Origin: Candidatus Vampirococcus lugosii
GTDB lineage: Bacteria; Patescibacteriota; Gracilibacteria; Absconditabacterales; Absconditicoccaceae
Direction of reading: 5' to 3'
Length of the DNA: 15,948 nucleotides
NCBI RefSeq assembly: GCF_018420025.1
Contig: NZ_JAEDAM010000027.1
Location: 1-15,948 of the forward strand
Shown here in pieces: positions 1 to 10,627 of this stretch. The notes beneath the pieces were generated by a model. The model was not told the origin of the DNA, searched no databases, and saw only the letters and a list, made by a program, of their open reading frames with translations. The translations under genes were made by a program, and so were the position numbers. Each line of letters begins with the position of its first letter. The stretch's first letter is position 1.

Positions 1-1
1 T

Positions 2-442
2 AGTGATTTAACAGAAAATAAAGAAATAAATGAAAAAATATCTTGATCTTGAGATTTAAGTGAGGTTGAAAAAGAATCAGATACTTATTTTAAAGAAAGT
101 GGTGGTAGTATTTCAAGCTGAGGAAGTGATGGAGGCTGAGGAAGTGGATGATGTCTAGATCCATATATAGGAAATGATTGTAATTGTATTCCAATGGATA
201 GTGAAGTAAACTGTAGAATAGTAATGGACGATGCGGGTTTTAATCCATTATTTTATAAGGGCACAGAGGAGGGGGAACAATTGGATGATAAGCGAGATTT
301 AGCACATTGCGATCCTGACCAACGAACTTATGTGTATATTGAGCAAACTTGCTTCGGGATGTTATGTATGGTATCGACAAGGGAAGAAAATTTGGTTGAT
401 TATGATAGTGAGGATGACCGAATTGCTTGTAAGTCTGAATAG
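2..442 (+). CDS. 3' end of a gene truncated by the window edge; hypothetical protein with a Gly/Ser linker followed by a Cys-rich C-terminal domain, probably extracytoplasmic
   Basis: The frame starting at position 2 is open to the TAG at 440-442 once TGA is read as sense; there are 5 in-frame TGA in the first 64 codons. Translation ends ...KESGGSISSGGSDGGGGSGGCLDPYIGNDCNCIPMDSEVNCRIV...TCFGMLCMVSTREENLVDYDSEDDRIACKSE, with 8 Cys in the last ~95 residues. Track ORF 194..442 is only its TGA-free tail. Confidence 0.75.
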
Positions 443-608
443 AATATTTACTTTTTTTAATATTTAGGATTAGTGATTAACTTGACCATATAGTGAATTT
501 GGTAGCTAATATATTATAATTAACTCATCAAATATTAGATAAAAACTGGCTTATTATCAATAATAAAAAGTGTTATGACTAGTATTTATTAATTTTAGCT
601 TTTTGTAC

Positions 609-658
609 TACTTTTCCCGCCCGGGCGAGAAAAGTAAAAATAAAAGTTTTATTTTTTT
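609..658 (+). terminator. GC-cored stem-loop followed at a distance by a T-run; possible transcript end or stabiliser for the upstream gene, but not a textbook intrinsic terminator
   Basis: TACTTTTC (609-616) pairs with GAAAAGTA (629-636), enclosing the perfect palindrome CGCCCGGGCG (618-627). A T-run GTTTTATTTTTTT lies at 646-658. The immediate flanks are T-rich on the left and A-rich on the right, the reverse of a canonical terminator. The stem lies 167 nt after the stop at 442. Confidence 0.4.
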
Positions 659-684
659 GACATACTATAAATTATATTTATACT
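657..684 (+). promoter_or_regulatory. sigma70-like promoter candidate for the 735..10507 block
   Basis: TTGACA at 657-662, a 16-nt spacer, then TATACT at 679-684, about 50 nt upstream of the ATG at 735. The exact -35 hexamer is uncommon in this G/C-poor DNA, whereas -10-like hexamers are frequent by chance. Confidence 0.4.
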
Positions 685-734
685 ATATTTTATATAATAA
701 AATTTATATTTTTATATAAATAAAATAAAAAATA

Positions 735-1733
735 ATGTGAATTGATACTTTAAGTGTTTGAACAAATGATGATTTAGATAATATACAAGATATTATACAA
801 TGAATGGATGAAAATAATGAGAATAAAACTCAAGTTAGAGAAAAATTTGAAAAATTAAAAGCAGAACTTGAACAAGATTGAATAAGTTTGGAAGATAAAG
901 AAAAAGCTTATGAAGAATTTAAAGAAGCTTTGGATAGTATTGAAGATGAAAAAATAAAAGAAATATTAAATATTATTAATTGAATTCAATCTGAATTAGA
1001 TAATTTGCAAACTAAAATTGATCAAAATGATTGACAAGTAGGAAATTTAGAATCTGAAAAAGAAAATACACGAAGGCTTGTAAATGAAAGTTTTATAGAA
1101 AATTGAACTTTTGAAAAAATAGAAGATATTGATTTTATGGATGATCCAGGTAAATTTTTTGAAAATGTTATGAATAGATTTGTTAATTCACTTATTTCTT
1201 CTATTGATTCTATGGCAAGTTTTTCTTTTTTTGATAAAAATTTTGAAATATTCTCAAATGATGTAAAGATGGATAAAATATCAAAGTTTTTTGAAAAAAA
1301 AGATTATATAAATAAATCTGATATAGATAATTTTTCAAATATTTTGAATTCATTGAGTGAATATACTTTTTTTTGAGATTGAAATTTATTACAAAATTTG
1401 GATAATTTGGATTTAAATAGTTTGGATTGAATTGATGATAATCAAGTAAATAGAGAATTGTTTTCTAAATTATTAATTTTTATAAAAGAAAATTTGGAAT
1501 ATATAAATAAACAATACCCAGAAAATGAAAAAAAATCTGCTAAATTTGATGATATTATTAAATTTTTATTTAATAATCCTGTTGCAAATCAATTTAGAGA
1601 TTATGCAGTTCCAAGTATTTGAATAAAAATTCCTAGTAAAACTAAAATTGAACCAGAAATAAAAACAAAAAAAGAATGAAAAATAAAAGATGAAAATATA
1701 GATGATTGAGATGATTCAAGTGCTGATGATTAA
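735..1733 (+). CDS. hypothetical acidic coiled-coil protein, 332 aa, no hydrophobic segment (predicted cytoplasmic)
   Basis: ATG 735 is the first start after the in-frame TAA at 726; TAA stop at 1731-1733. The frame is open throughout with TGA as sense (checked line by line). The N-terminal third is E/K/L-rich and heptad-like (EKFEKLKAELEQDGISLEDKEKAYEEFKEALDSIEDEKIKEILN). The C-terminus is acidic (DENIDDGDDSSADD). Track fragment 1137..1376 lies inside it in the same frame. Confidence 0.85.
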
Positions 1734-1799
1734 AAATATTTATTTTACATAAATTAATTTAAGAAAATATATTTTATAAAATTTAAATAAATACAAATT

Positions 1800-3431
1800 A
1801 TGAATGAATCTTGAAATTGAACAGAAAATGAAACTCTTTTGAAACAAAAATTAGAAGAATTGAAAATTGAAGAAAAAAAAATTTTGGAAGAAATTCGTTC
1901 TTTAAAAAAAGAAAAAGATGATTTATGATGAGATCCTGTTTTGAAAGATTTTTATGATAAAAAAATTGAAAATAATATTTCTCGTTATAATAAATTAAAT
2001 ATTGTTTTTGAAAAAATTCAAAATCAATTAACAAATAATATAGATGATTTAATTAGAAATACTCAAAATGATTTGATAAATTCTCTTACAGCTTGACCTA
2101 TCAAGTTTGTTAAAAATAAAAATAAAAATACTTGATCTTTAAAAGATGAGAATTGAAATGATATTAAAAGTTTTTTATGAGAAGACATAAATTGAAAAAA
2201 TGTGGAACTTATTACTCATAATTGACAAAATTATTCTATTGTTAAAGGAAAATCTTGAAATGAATTTAGATTAGTAAATCTTGATAAATGATGTTTTATT
2301 AGTAATTGGTATGATAGTATTAGTTTTGATCATACTACATGATTGTTTATTGTTGATAATTGAACTGGAAATTCAAATAGTCTTATAACTTCAACATATT
2401 GAGTTTGAAAAAAATATATGACTATTGATTGAAAAATATTATGAGATGTAGATTCTTCCAAGATAGGATGTGATGAGTGATGAGTTTTTTATGAAGATAA
2501 ATTTAAATATTCATTGTCTAATAATAGATTTGAATCCAATGATGATTATGAAATAATAAACCCTGAATCTCAAAAGCAATGATTTTTGTTTGTGAGATCA
2601 AGTGTTTTATCATCTCAAGATAATAAAATATATGTTTTAAAATTAAAATCTTGAACTACATTTGGATGAGATAAAATATGAAATGAATTTGATGAAATAT
2701 TGTCTGATATAAAAGATTTTGGTGGAGAAAAATATGTAAAAGTTAGAGATTGAGAAAATATATCTTGGTTAAATCTTAATACTTCAGAGATGATTTGAAT
2801 AGATTTAATTGAAGTTGAACAAGTAAAGCAAATTGGTGATGATTGGATTTTTAAAGCAAAACAAGGAAATGATAAATATGTATTGATAAATTTGAAAACT
2901 TGAAAAATTATAAATTTTTTGGAAAAATGAGAATGAGATGAAATTTGAGATATAGAAGAAATTTGATGAATGAAATATATAAAAGTTAGAAATTGAGAAA
3001 AATATTTTTATATAAATTTTGATACTAAAGAAATTATATGATCTGGATTTGATGAAATATGAAAAATTATTCAAGTTAAAATAAAAAATGAAGATAAACT
3101 TATTTTTAGGTGAGAAAATTGAAATTTAGCTAATTATTATGATGCAAATACTTGAAAATCTTTGATACAAGATAAATTTTGTTGACTTATATCTTCTTGA
3201 GAATGATTAAAATCTTTATCATGAAAAATAGATAAATTAAATAATAAAGATATTATATATTTTCAAAATTGAAGAAAATATTTTGATCTTGAAACATGAG
3301 AAGTAAAAAAATCTCCAAAACAAGAAAAAGTTGAACAAGAAGTAGCAGAAAAATCTAAATCAGAATGATGGCTGAATAAGTGATGGAAAAATTTTAAGAA
3401 AAAACGAAATGAAACAAATATATTATGATAA
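1800..3431 (+). CDS. hypothetical protein, 543 aa: N-terminal coiled coil plus C-terminal array of WG/KWG-like beta-hairpin repeats; no signal peptide
   Basis: ATG 1800 is the first start after the in-frame TAA at 1788; TAA stop at 3429-3431. I hand-counted 47 in-frame TGA, 9 GGN and 5 TGG codons. The N-terminus reads LLKQKLEELKIEEKKILEEIRSLKKEKDD. The C-terminal half repeats units such as KYVKVRDGENISWLNL, NDKYVLINLKTGKII, KYIKVRNGEKYFYINFDTKEII, NYYDANTGKSLI and GRKYFDLETGEV. These resemble the WG-containing beta-repeat class, a motif-level impression only. Confidence 0.85.
2721..3310 (+). repeat. protein-level tandem beta-hairpin repeats inside the 1800..3431 CDS, with one still-visible nucleotide duplication
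   Basis: 2730..2759 (aaatatgtaaaagttagagattgagaaaat, KYVKVRDGEN) is repeated at 2973..3002 (aaatatataaaagttagaaattgagaaaaa, KYIKVRNGEK). 'x-T-G-K/E-x-I/V' turn motifs recur across the span. Confidence 0.6.
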
Positions 3432-3462
3432 TTTTATATATTATATAAATATTAAAAATAAA

Positions 3463-5262
3463 ATGAGTATAGATAATCCTAATAATCTAGATAGAAATAA
3501 TTCAGTGGATAAACTTAATGATAATCCTGAAATTTTAGATATTTCTCTTGAATCTTTGGATACAGAGATTTTGGTTTGAAGATTGACAAATATTATGCAA
3601 TGATGAGAATATTGAGAAAAAGAAATTCAAACATATTCAAGTATTATTTGAAATAAAATTTTAAATAATCCTTCTGAATATTTAATTTTACAAAAAGAAT
3701 TTAAATCTAATAACTTACCAAAAGAATTTTTGGATAGTTTATTGTTGGAACATATTTTTGATTTTGATACAAAACAGGCAATAGTAGATATTATATCAAA
3801 AAATTGAAGTATAGAATATGGTGATATACAAGCAATTTTTGATTATTCTAGTTTGGAAGAAGATTTTGAACAAAAAAAACAAGAAATTGAAGAATTTAAA
3901 AATAAAATTCAAAATCAAATTAAAATTGGATGAGAAGAAAAAATAAATTTTGATCAAGATATATCAAGTTTATCAAGAGATATGGCAAATAAAGGTATTG
4001 ATCAAAATGCTATTACAAAATATATTGATTTGTATCAATCATTTAATTCTATTAAAAATAGAATGGGAGATGTAGAAAATAGTTTATTATTTAATATACA
4101 GGATAAAAATCCTAATTTTAATTTAAGAAATGTTGATGCTAGTTTGATAAATATTTTTGGAAATAGGCTAGGAGTGATAGAATATTTTCATGAAGTACAA
4201 GATACAAATTCTATACTTTGTGATATAGTAAATGCTAAACCATGAAACCTTTCTGAATGGAATCAAGTTTGGCAAAAAAGATGAATTCATTGATTATTAA
4301 CTGAAGCTATTTCAATGACATGACTTAATAGAAAAGATGCTCAAGGTATAGCAAGTATTGGTATGGTGGTAGGTGGTGCATATATTGCTTGGAAAATGAT
4401 TAAATGATTTTTTTGAGCAAAATGAATTGATTGAAAATTAATTTGGATGCTTAAAACTTGATGAATTGTATGATGATATTTTGTTGCAAAAAATATTGCA
4501 AGTGGTAAATCTCAAGAAGAGTTACAAAATAATAGAAGGGCTATTTTGGATTGACTTAGAAATGATACTGTAGCTAGAGAATCTATAAAACTTACTATGC
4601 AAAATATTTATTGAGATGATAAATTAAAGGAAGTATTAACTATTTCTGATGAATGAAATTTGGAATTAAAATGAATTTGGGATTGAAATACTTTATCTGA
4701 AAAATATAGAGAAAATAAATCAATAATTGCTATAATTAAAGCTGAATGATGAGAAATTGATGAAAACTGAAATATAAATGGTGATATTGAAAAAATTAAA
4801 AAAGAAGTAAATGATTTTTTAATTACTTGATTTACTATGTTATGAGTTTCATCTACTAATTTAAATGAAAAAAAAGATCAAAAAGTAAATGATATAATAA
4901 AAGAATTTGAAAAAGATAGAGATATAGAAGTTAGAAAATTTGCAATTAGAGATCGTATTGCAGATGATTTAATTTATAGATTAAAATCATTAAAATGAGA
5001 TACTTCACAAGCTCAAGATTTAATAGCAAGATTTAGAATTTTTGCTATATCAGAAAATGATTTTATTAATTTATGGTGAAAATTACATTCAAATATTACT
5101 AATAAAATATGATCTCAATGGATTGCAACTTTGATGGCATGATATTGAATGGAAAGTGTTCAAATGATGGAAGTAGTAGAAACTAAATCTAATTTAGCAT
5201 CTTGAGAAAATAATGAAAATAATGAAAATAATGAAGTTGATGAAGATAATGAAGTTTTATAA
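3463..5262 (+). CDS. hypothetical membrane protein, 599 aa: soluble N-terminal ~290 aa, two-helix Gly-rich transmembrane hairpin, soluble C-terminal domain with an acidic ENN-repeat tail
   Basis: ATG 3463 follows an A-rich leader like those of the other genes; TAA stop at 5260-5262. The frame was verified line by line. Hairpin: GIASIGMVVGGAYIAWKMIKGFFGAKGIDGKLIWMLKTGGIVGGYFVAKNI (nt 4345..4500). The C-terminal tail ENNENNENNEVDEDNEVL includes (gaaaataat)x3 at 5206..5232. An alternative in-frame ATG at 3409 would add 18 Y/I/N/K-rich residues and overlap the upstream gene. Track fragment 3982..4245 is internal. Confidence 0.85.
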
Positions 5263-5335
5263 ATTTAAATTATTTTATTAATTTAAGTTTTGTAGATAAA
5301 TTATTTTTTATTGTATTAAAAATAATTAATAAAAA

Positions 5336-8300
5336 ATGTCAAATATTGAAATTAATACTGATTCATTAGAAAATAATAATGAATCATTAGAAATTGAACA
5401 AGAACAAGATGTTTCTGAAATACTTAATGATTTTGAACTTGATGTAAGAAGGGAACTTATAGAATGAGAAACTAAATGAAATCTTGAAAGATTATGACAA
5501 GAGATAGATTCAAGATCTACTTTTGATCTTGCTTTGGAATTAATAAATGATGATAAAGAAAAAATATTAAATGAGCAAGATTCTGTTAAACTTGAATCTT
5601 TTAATATGTTTGTATGATGGAATATTATGGGTTCTATTTTTAAAAAAATTATGCAAGATAATATTGATCCATACAATGAAATCGTAGATATTGAGGAATT
5701 TAGTAAACAAATAAATTTATTAAATATTTCAAATACTCAAGATTTACAAAATTATATAAATAAAAATAATATTTCATTGACAAATAGAGAAATTCAAGTT
5801 CTTGATTTTTTGGTTCAAGATAATACAGTTTTTTCACAAGAATATAATGAAAAAAATTTTTGAAAAATATGGGATGGAATGAAAAGTGTTATGCCTGATT
5901 TTGCTTTAAAATACAATGAATGAGTTAGATCTTGATGGGATGACCTTTCTGAGCAAGAATTAAATTTTTTGGATAATATTTCTGAAAAATGATGAGATAT
6001 ATTTTCTGAAATGAAAGATGTTTGAGTTGAGTGAGTTTTTGAAAAAGATAATTGGCAAAATAAAACTTTGTCTACATGATTAGTTGCATGATGATTATTG
6101 GCTGGTGGTGCTTTAGCATTGAAATGACTTTCTAAACTTTTTGGAAATAAAAAATGATGATGAGATTGAAAAAAACTTTGATTTTTGGGTATGTTGAAAT
6201 GGTGATGAATTTTATGAGTGGGGGGCTATTTACTATATAATTGGTTCAATAAAGATTGAAAATTAAATTCTTCTGAAAATTATTGATCTTGATTTGAAAG
6301 AAATGTTAAAAGTTTTGAGCAACTTAATGAAAGTGATAGAAAAAAATATAATAAATTTTCTTTATGAGTAGATTTTTATTATAAATCTGCATATTGAGAT
6401 GATTTTTCTGATTGAATGAAAAATAATGATATGCTTTGAGAATATGAATGGGAAAATGAAAAAAATTGACTTGATTATTCATGAGTTTATCCTTATGCAC
6501 TAGACAAAAGATATAAAAATATTGATCAAATTTTGTCAGAATGAAGTTTTTTTCTAGAAACATTTAATGTTTCCAAAGAAATTTTTAAACAAAATTTATT
6601 GGGTTGGTGAGTTAATAAATTAAAAAAATATTTTGAACCATTTGCATGAATTCTTTCAAAAATAGATGGTTTTACAACAGATATATTTTTACTTCCAGAT
6701 ACTGAATTTGAAAAAAAATTTAAAAATTTTTTAGATAAAGAAGATTTTGTTGATCAAATAAGAGAAATATTTAGAAAAAATATTAAAATAATTTCCTATC
6801 TTAATAGTAGGATAGATTATTTAAAATATGAAATAATAAAACAAAACTTGTTGGAAAATGATCCAGATTTTGAAAATAAAAGTGAAACGGAAAAAGAATT
6901 TTTGATTATGGAAAAAATTGATGATGAAAAATTTATGGAAAATAAAGTAAAACCTGCTTTAGATTTATTCTTGAATTCAAAAATATTAAATGCAAATGAA
7001 ATATTGAATAATTATTGAATTTTGGATTCTTGAATAAATGAAAATTTACAAGAAAGATTGCAAGAAGTTGATGATTGGTATGAAGAAATATTGTTTGAAT
7101 GAGAAAAATGAAATTATCAAATAGATGATATTTTATCAAATTTTGAATCTTGGGATAATTTAGATGATTTAGATAAACAATATTTAAATGAATTGTCAGA
7201 AAATTTATGAGAAGATATAGATAATTTTGGAGAAAGAGAATTTTTGGAAGCATTATTTTGACCTTATTATTATTCTTTTAATTCTGAAAATATAAATTTA
7301 AGAGAATTATTACAAACTATATGATATGATGAATTTGTTTGACCTTGGAAAAAAGTTCTTGAAACTTTTTGAGAATGAAAAAATCCTACTAAAAAAGATA
7401 TTGAAAATCTTAAGCAAGTAGTAGATGATTTTTATATTTTTCAAAAGGAGATTATTATATGAGTAGATAATTTAGTAGAGATTAGAGAAGATTGAAATTT
7501 GGTAGTAAAAGCTTGATTTATTATTAAACAATTTGGTAGAGAAATTTCAAGTTTTATAGATCTTTCTTTCAAATGAGAATTTAAAGATTGATTTTTTCAA
7601 TTAAGTGCTTGAACATTACTTACTTCTATTTGGATTGCAAATAGAACACCACTTGTTAAAATTGCTTCAAAACCTATAAGTGGATTTATTTTTTCTCCAA
7701 TTAATTTAATAAAAAATCCTATTTTGAGAAAAATTCCAGCATGATTTGCTCATTATTGATTATATCCAAAAAATGATTTTGGAAAAGCAAGACTTTTATA
7801 TGATTTTGCTAGATGAAGATTGAGTTTGGAAAAATCTACTGATATTTGGAATAATATAAGATGAATAACTTGATGAAAATTGACAAAAGCTACATTTTTG
7901 CAACAAGCTTTTTGAGATTGATTAACACCACAACAATATAATTCTATTGCTAATATTTGGGAAAATAAATATCTTAGAAAACAAATTCTATCAGATAAAC
8001 CTTCAATTTTAAGAGATTTTGTTTCATTACAAAAAATACCTGATGATATAAAAATTAATATTTCAGAAAAATTGTCAAGATCTATAAATTCTATACAAGA
8101 TTTATCTTGAAATAAAAAAATGTTTTTAAATAAATTTATTAAATATTATAATGGTGATTTAGATTCTTTAAATAATATATTAAGAAATATAAATACTATT
8201 TGATTTGATAATTTAGATAATAATCAAATAAATAAATTTGCAAAATCTATTGCTAGATCTTCCAAATGATTGAGTAGTACTCAAATTAATGAAATTATTA

Positions 8301-10507
8301 ATAGTATAATTAATGAAATTAATAATTGAAATAAAATAAATTTTAATTCTTATATTAGAACTTATAGATCATCTTTTTTAAATTCTCCAACACTTATAAA
8401 ATCTGTATCTCCAGAATTATCAAGTTCTAAATTATCTAGAGTTAAATCTCCATTAGTTGGAACTTTAACTCCAGAAGAATTAAAAGATCTTGAACTTAAA
8501 GTAGAAAAAATTAAATCTTGAAATATTGAATTTAAACAAAAATTAATACAGGCAAAAAATAATCCAAGTTTATCATTAGATGAAAAAAGATTATTACAAA
8601 ATCAAATTGATTCTATAGATGATTTAATAAATAATACAACCGTTCAATCATTAAGAGAAATAAAACAAAATCCTTCAATTTTGAGAACAGTGGATTGAGT
8701 ATATGATTGACTGCATGAAAGCACAAAAGTTTTTTCTAGAACAGTTTCCAAAATGAAAGATATTATAAAATCAAGACCTCGTATTACAGCATGATGAGTT
8801 TTGACAGTATTAGATGTTGTTTTGATAACTTATTTTCATAATGTATGAATGGATTCTGCTAAAGAAATGGAGGCTATAAATCCTGATTTATCAATTGAAC
8901 TTGAAAAAACACAAAATTTATCAACTACAGTTTCTGCTTTAACATCTGCATGAGCATTATGAGCAGCAGTTTTTATTCCTTGAGTATGATGGGCTATAGG
9001 TGCAACTACTTTAATATCAATAGCATGATGGGGTTTACATGAGATTAGTATATGACAATATAGTAATACTGTAGATTTTTATAACAGAAATTTTGAAAAT
9101 TATATAGGTATGTCTAGTGCTAAAATTAAGCAATCAATAATATCAGCAGTTTCATGAATAGAATGAATAAATCCTAGTTTATGATTTAATGTTGCTGATA
9201 TGATAAAAGATGAAAAATATTTTGAAGAAAAATGAGAAGCAACTCTAAATGATGCCATAAAAGCTCTGATACATCAAGAAGAAATTTATAATTATACAGA
9301 TGCTTTTATTTGATTTGATTGGAATCTTGATAATCCAAATGAAGAAAAAATAAGGCTTTGGGATAAAGAACCAAGACATGCAAGAAAACTTACACAAGAA
9401 GAAAGAGAATATGTTAGACAAAGAAGAGAAGAATTTTATTCTATAGTAAATAAAAGATTTGAATATATAAAAAATAATAATTTATTGGCAGATTTATCTA
9501 AAAATATTGAATATAATAATTGAATATGATATATAGAAGAAATATTAACAATGTCTAGATATGTATCTAATGAAAATGAAGATGAAGTAAAAATTAATGA
9601 ATTGAAAGAAAATTGAAATTATGAAGTTTTAAATAAAATATTTATCAATAATGATAAGTTAAATGTTGAATTACTTTGTGAAACATATATTAAAGTAATA
9701 AAATGATATAATTTATGATTATTTTCTGACTATGAAGAGAATTTGGAATATTTTATTGAATATTATAATTATAAATCCAAAAATATTCATCCTTGAATAT
9801 TAAATTCAATAATTTCTAGGTATGAATCTAATATAAATGTTGATAATATTGATTTTGGAAGATTATCAAACTTTTTGGAAAATTTAAATTTTGATAAAAT
9901 ATCTAATTGGGATGAAATTCCAGAAGAAGAAATATCTTTATCAGAAAAATATTGAATATCTAATAAAGTATGACAAAATGTTTTATATTTTATAGCAAGA
10001 GATGTTTATTCATATATATGAGAAAACGATTTAGATAGTCTTAAATTATTTTTTTCTAGTGATAATAGAAAAAATTATTGAATATATTGGTCTTGAAATG
10101 CTTGGTTAGTTTATCAAAGTGGTTTTAGATTTAATAATTTAGTTCTTCAATATCCTTACGAAGATAATAATCAAGATCCTTATAGTTATGCATTTAATGA
10201 AGCTGAGTCTATAAATCCAGATTATTGAGAATGATTTTTGGAAAAATTATATGAAGCTTTTGATAATACTAATTTTATAAATCCTGATCATAATTCGGGT
10301 AGAGATAATATAAATGAAGAAAAAAAAGATAAAATATTAACTATTATAAATGAAGAAAGAGATCTAATTAATTGAAAAGATGATATTGAACAAGAGATAA
10401 ATAATTTTGTTAAAAGTAATTCTTGATCATGAAAAATACAAATACCTAGTGATTTAATTATTAAATGACTTAGAGTAGGTATTGATATTAATTCTTGGTA
10501 TTGATAA
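5336..10507 (+). CDS. giant hypothetical polytopic membrane protein, 1723 aa
   Basis: ATG 5336 follows the in-frame TAA at 5330; TAA stop at 10505-10507. Every line from 5341 to 10441 was checked and has no in-frame TAA or TAG. Hydrophobic clusters: (1) nt ~6071..6247, STGLVAGGLLAGGALALKGLSKLFGNKKGGGDGKKLGFLGMLKWGGILGVGGYLLYNWF. (2) nt ~7590..7720, FFQLSAGTLLTSIWIANRTPLVKIASKPISGFIFSPINLI. (3) nt ~8780..9045, ITAGGVLTVLDVVLITYFHNV ... TTVSALTSAGALGAAVFIPGVGWAIGATTLISIAGWGLHEI. Long N/K/E/D/I-rich soluble stretches lie between them. Track fragment 5627..5863 is internal. Confidence 0.88.
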
Positions 10508-10558
10508 ATAATTTTTTTATAAATTTAATAATTTTTTATTATTTTTGTTAATTATTAC

Positions 10559-10586
10559 TTGAAATTTAAAAAAAGAATATTACAAT
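10559..10586 (+). promoter_or_regulatory. sigma70-like internal promoter candidate for the 10654..15198 exoprotein block
   Basis: TTGAAA at 10559-10564, a 16-nt spacer, then TACAAT at 10581-10586. It sits in the longest internal intergenic gap (146 nt), about 68 nt upstream of the ATG at 10654. Confidence 0.35.
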
Positions 10587-10627
10587 ATAACTATGCTAGT
10601 TATATGCAATATAATTAGTATTATATT
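10585..10627. promoter_or_regulatory. two adjacent short palindromes just downstream of the -10 candidate; operator-like
   Basis: IR1 is ATATAACTA-tgc-TAGTTATAT (10585..10605; 9-bp arms, 3-nt spacer). IR2 is AATATAAT-tagt-ATTATATT (10608..10627; 8-bp arms, 4-nt spacer). AT-only palindromes can arise by chance in this composition. Confidence 0.3.

Noticed and set aside
3409-3462. Upstream in-frame ATG at 3409 as the start of the 599-aa membrane protein.
   Set aside because: It would overlap the preceding gene by 23 nt and add MKQIYYDNFIYYINIKNK, which looks like translated AT-rich spacer. The 3463 start has the same A-rich leader as all other genes. It is kept as an alternative only.
5326-5676. 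The longest standard-code ORF in the track (116 aa, minus strand). The same applies to the other minus-strand track ORFs at 1798..2034, 2805..3074, 6324..6563 and 6933..7253.
   Set aside because: All lie antisense to long + strand frames that are open for hundreds to 1723 codons once TGA is read as sense. Their translations are low-complexity F/I/L/S/N strings, as expected from the reverse complement of GAA/AAA/GAT/AAT-rich coding DNA.
4400-6170. Walker-A-like strings GAKGIDGK and GNKKGGGDGKK in the loops of the two membrane hairpins.
   Set aside because: They do not fit G-x4-G-K-[ST]: the spacing is wrong and no Ser or Thr follows the Lys. They also sit in short inter-helix loops, so they are not nucleotide-binding sites.
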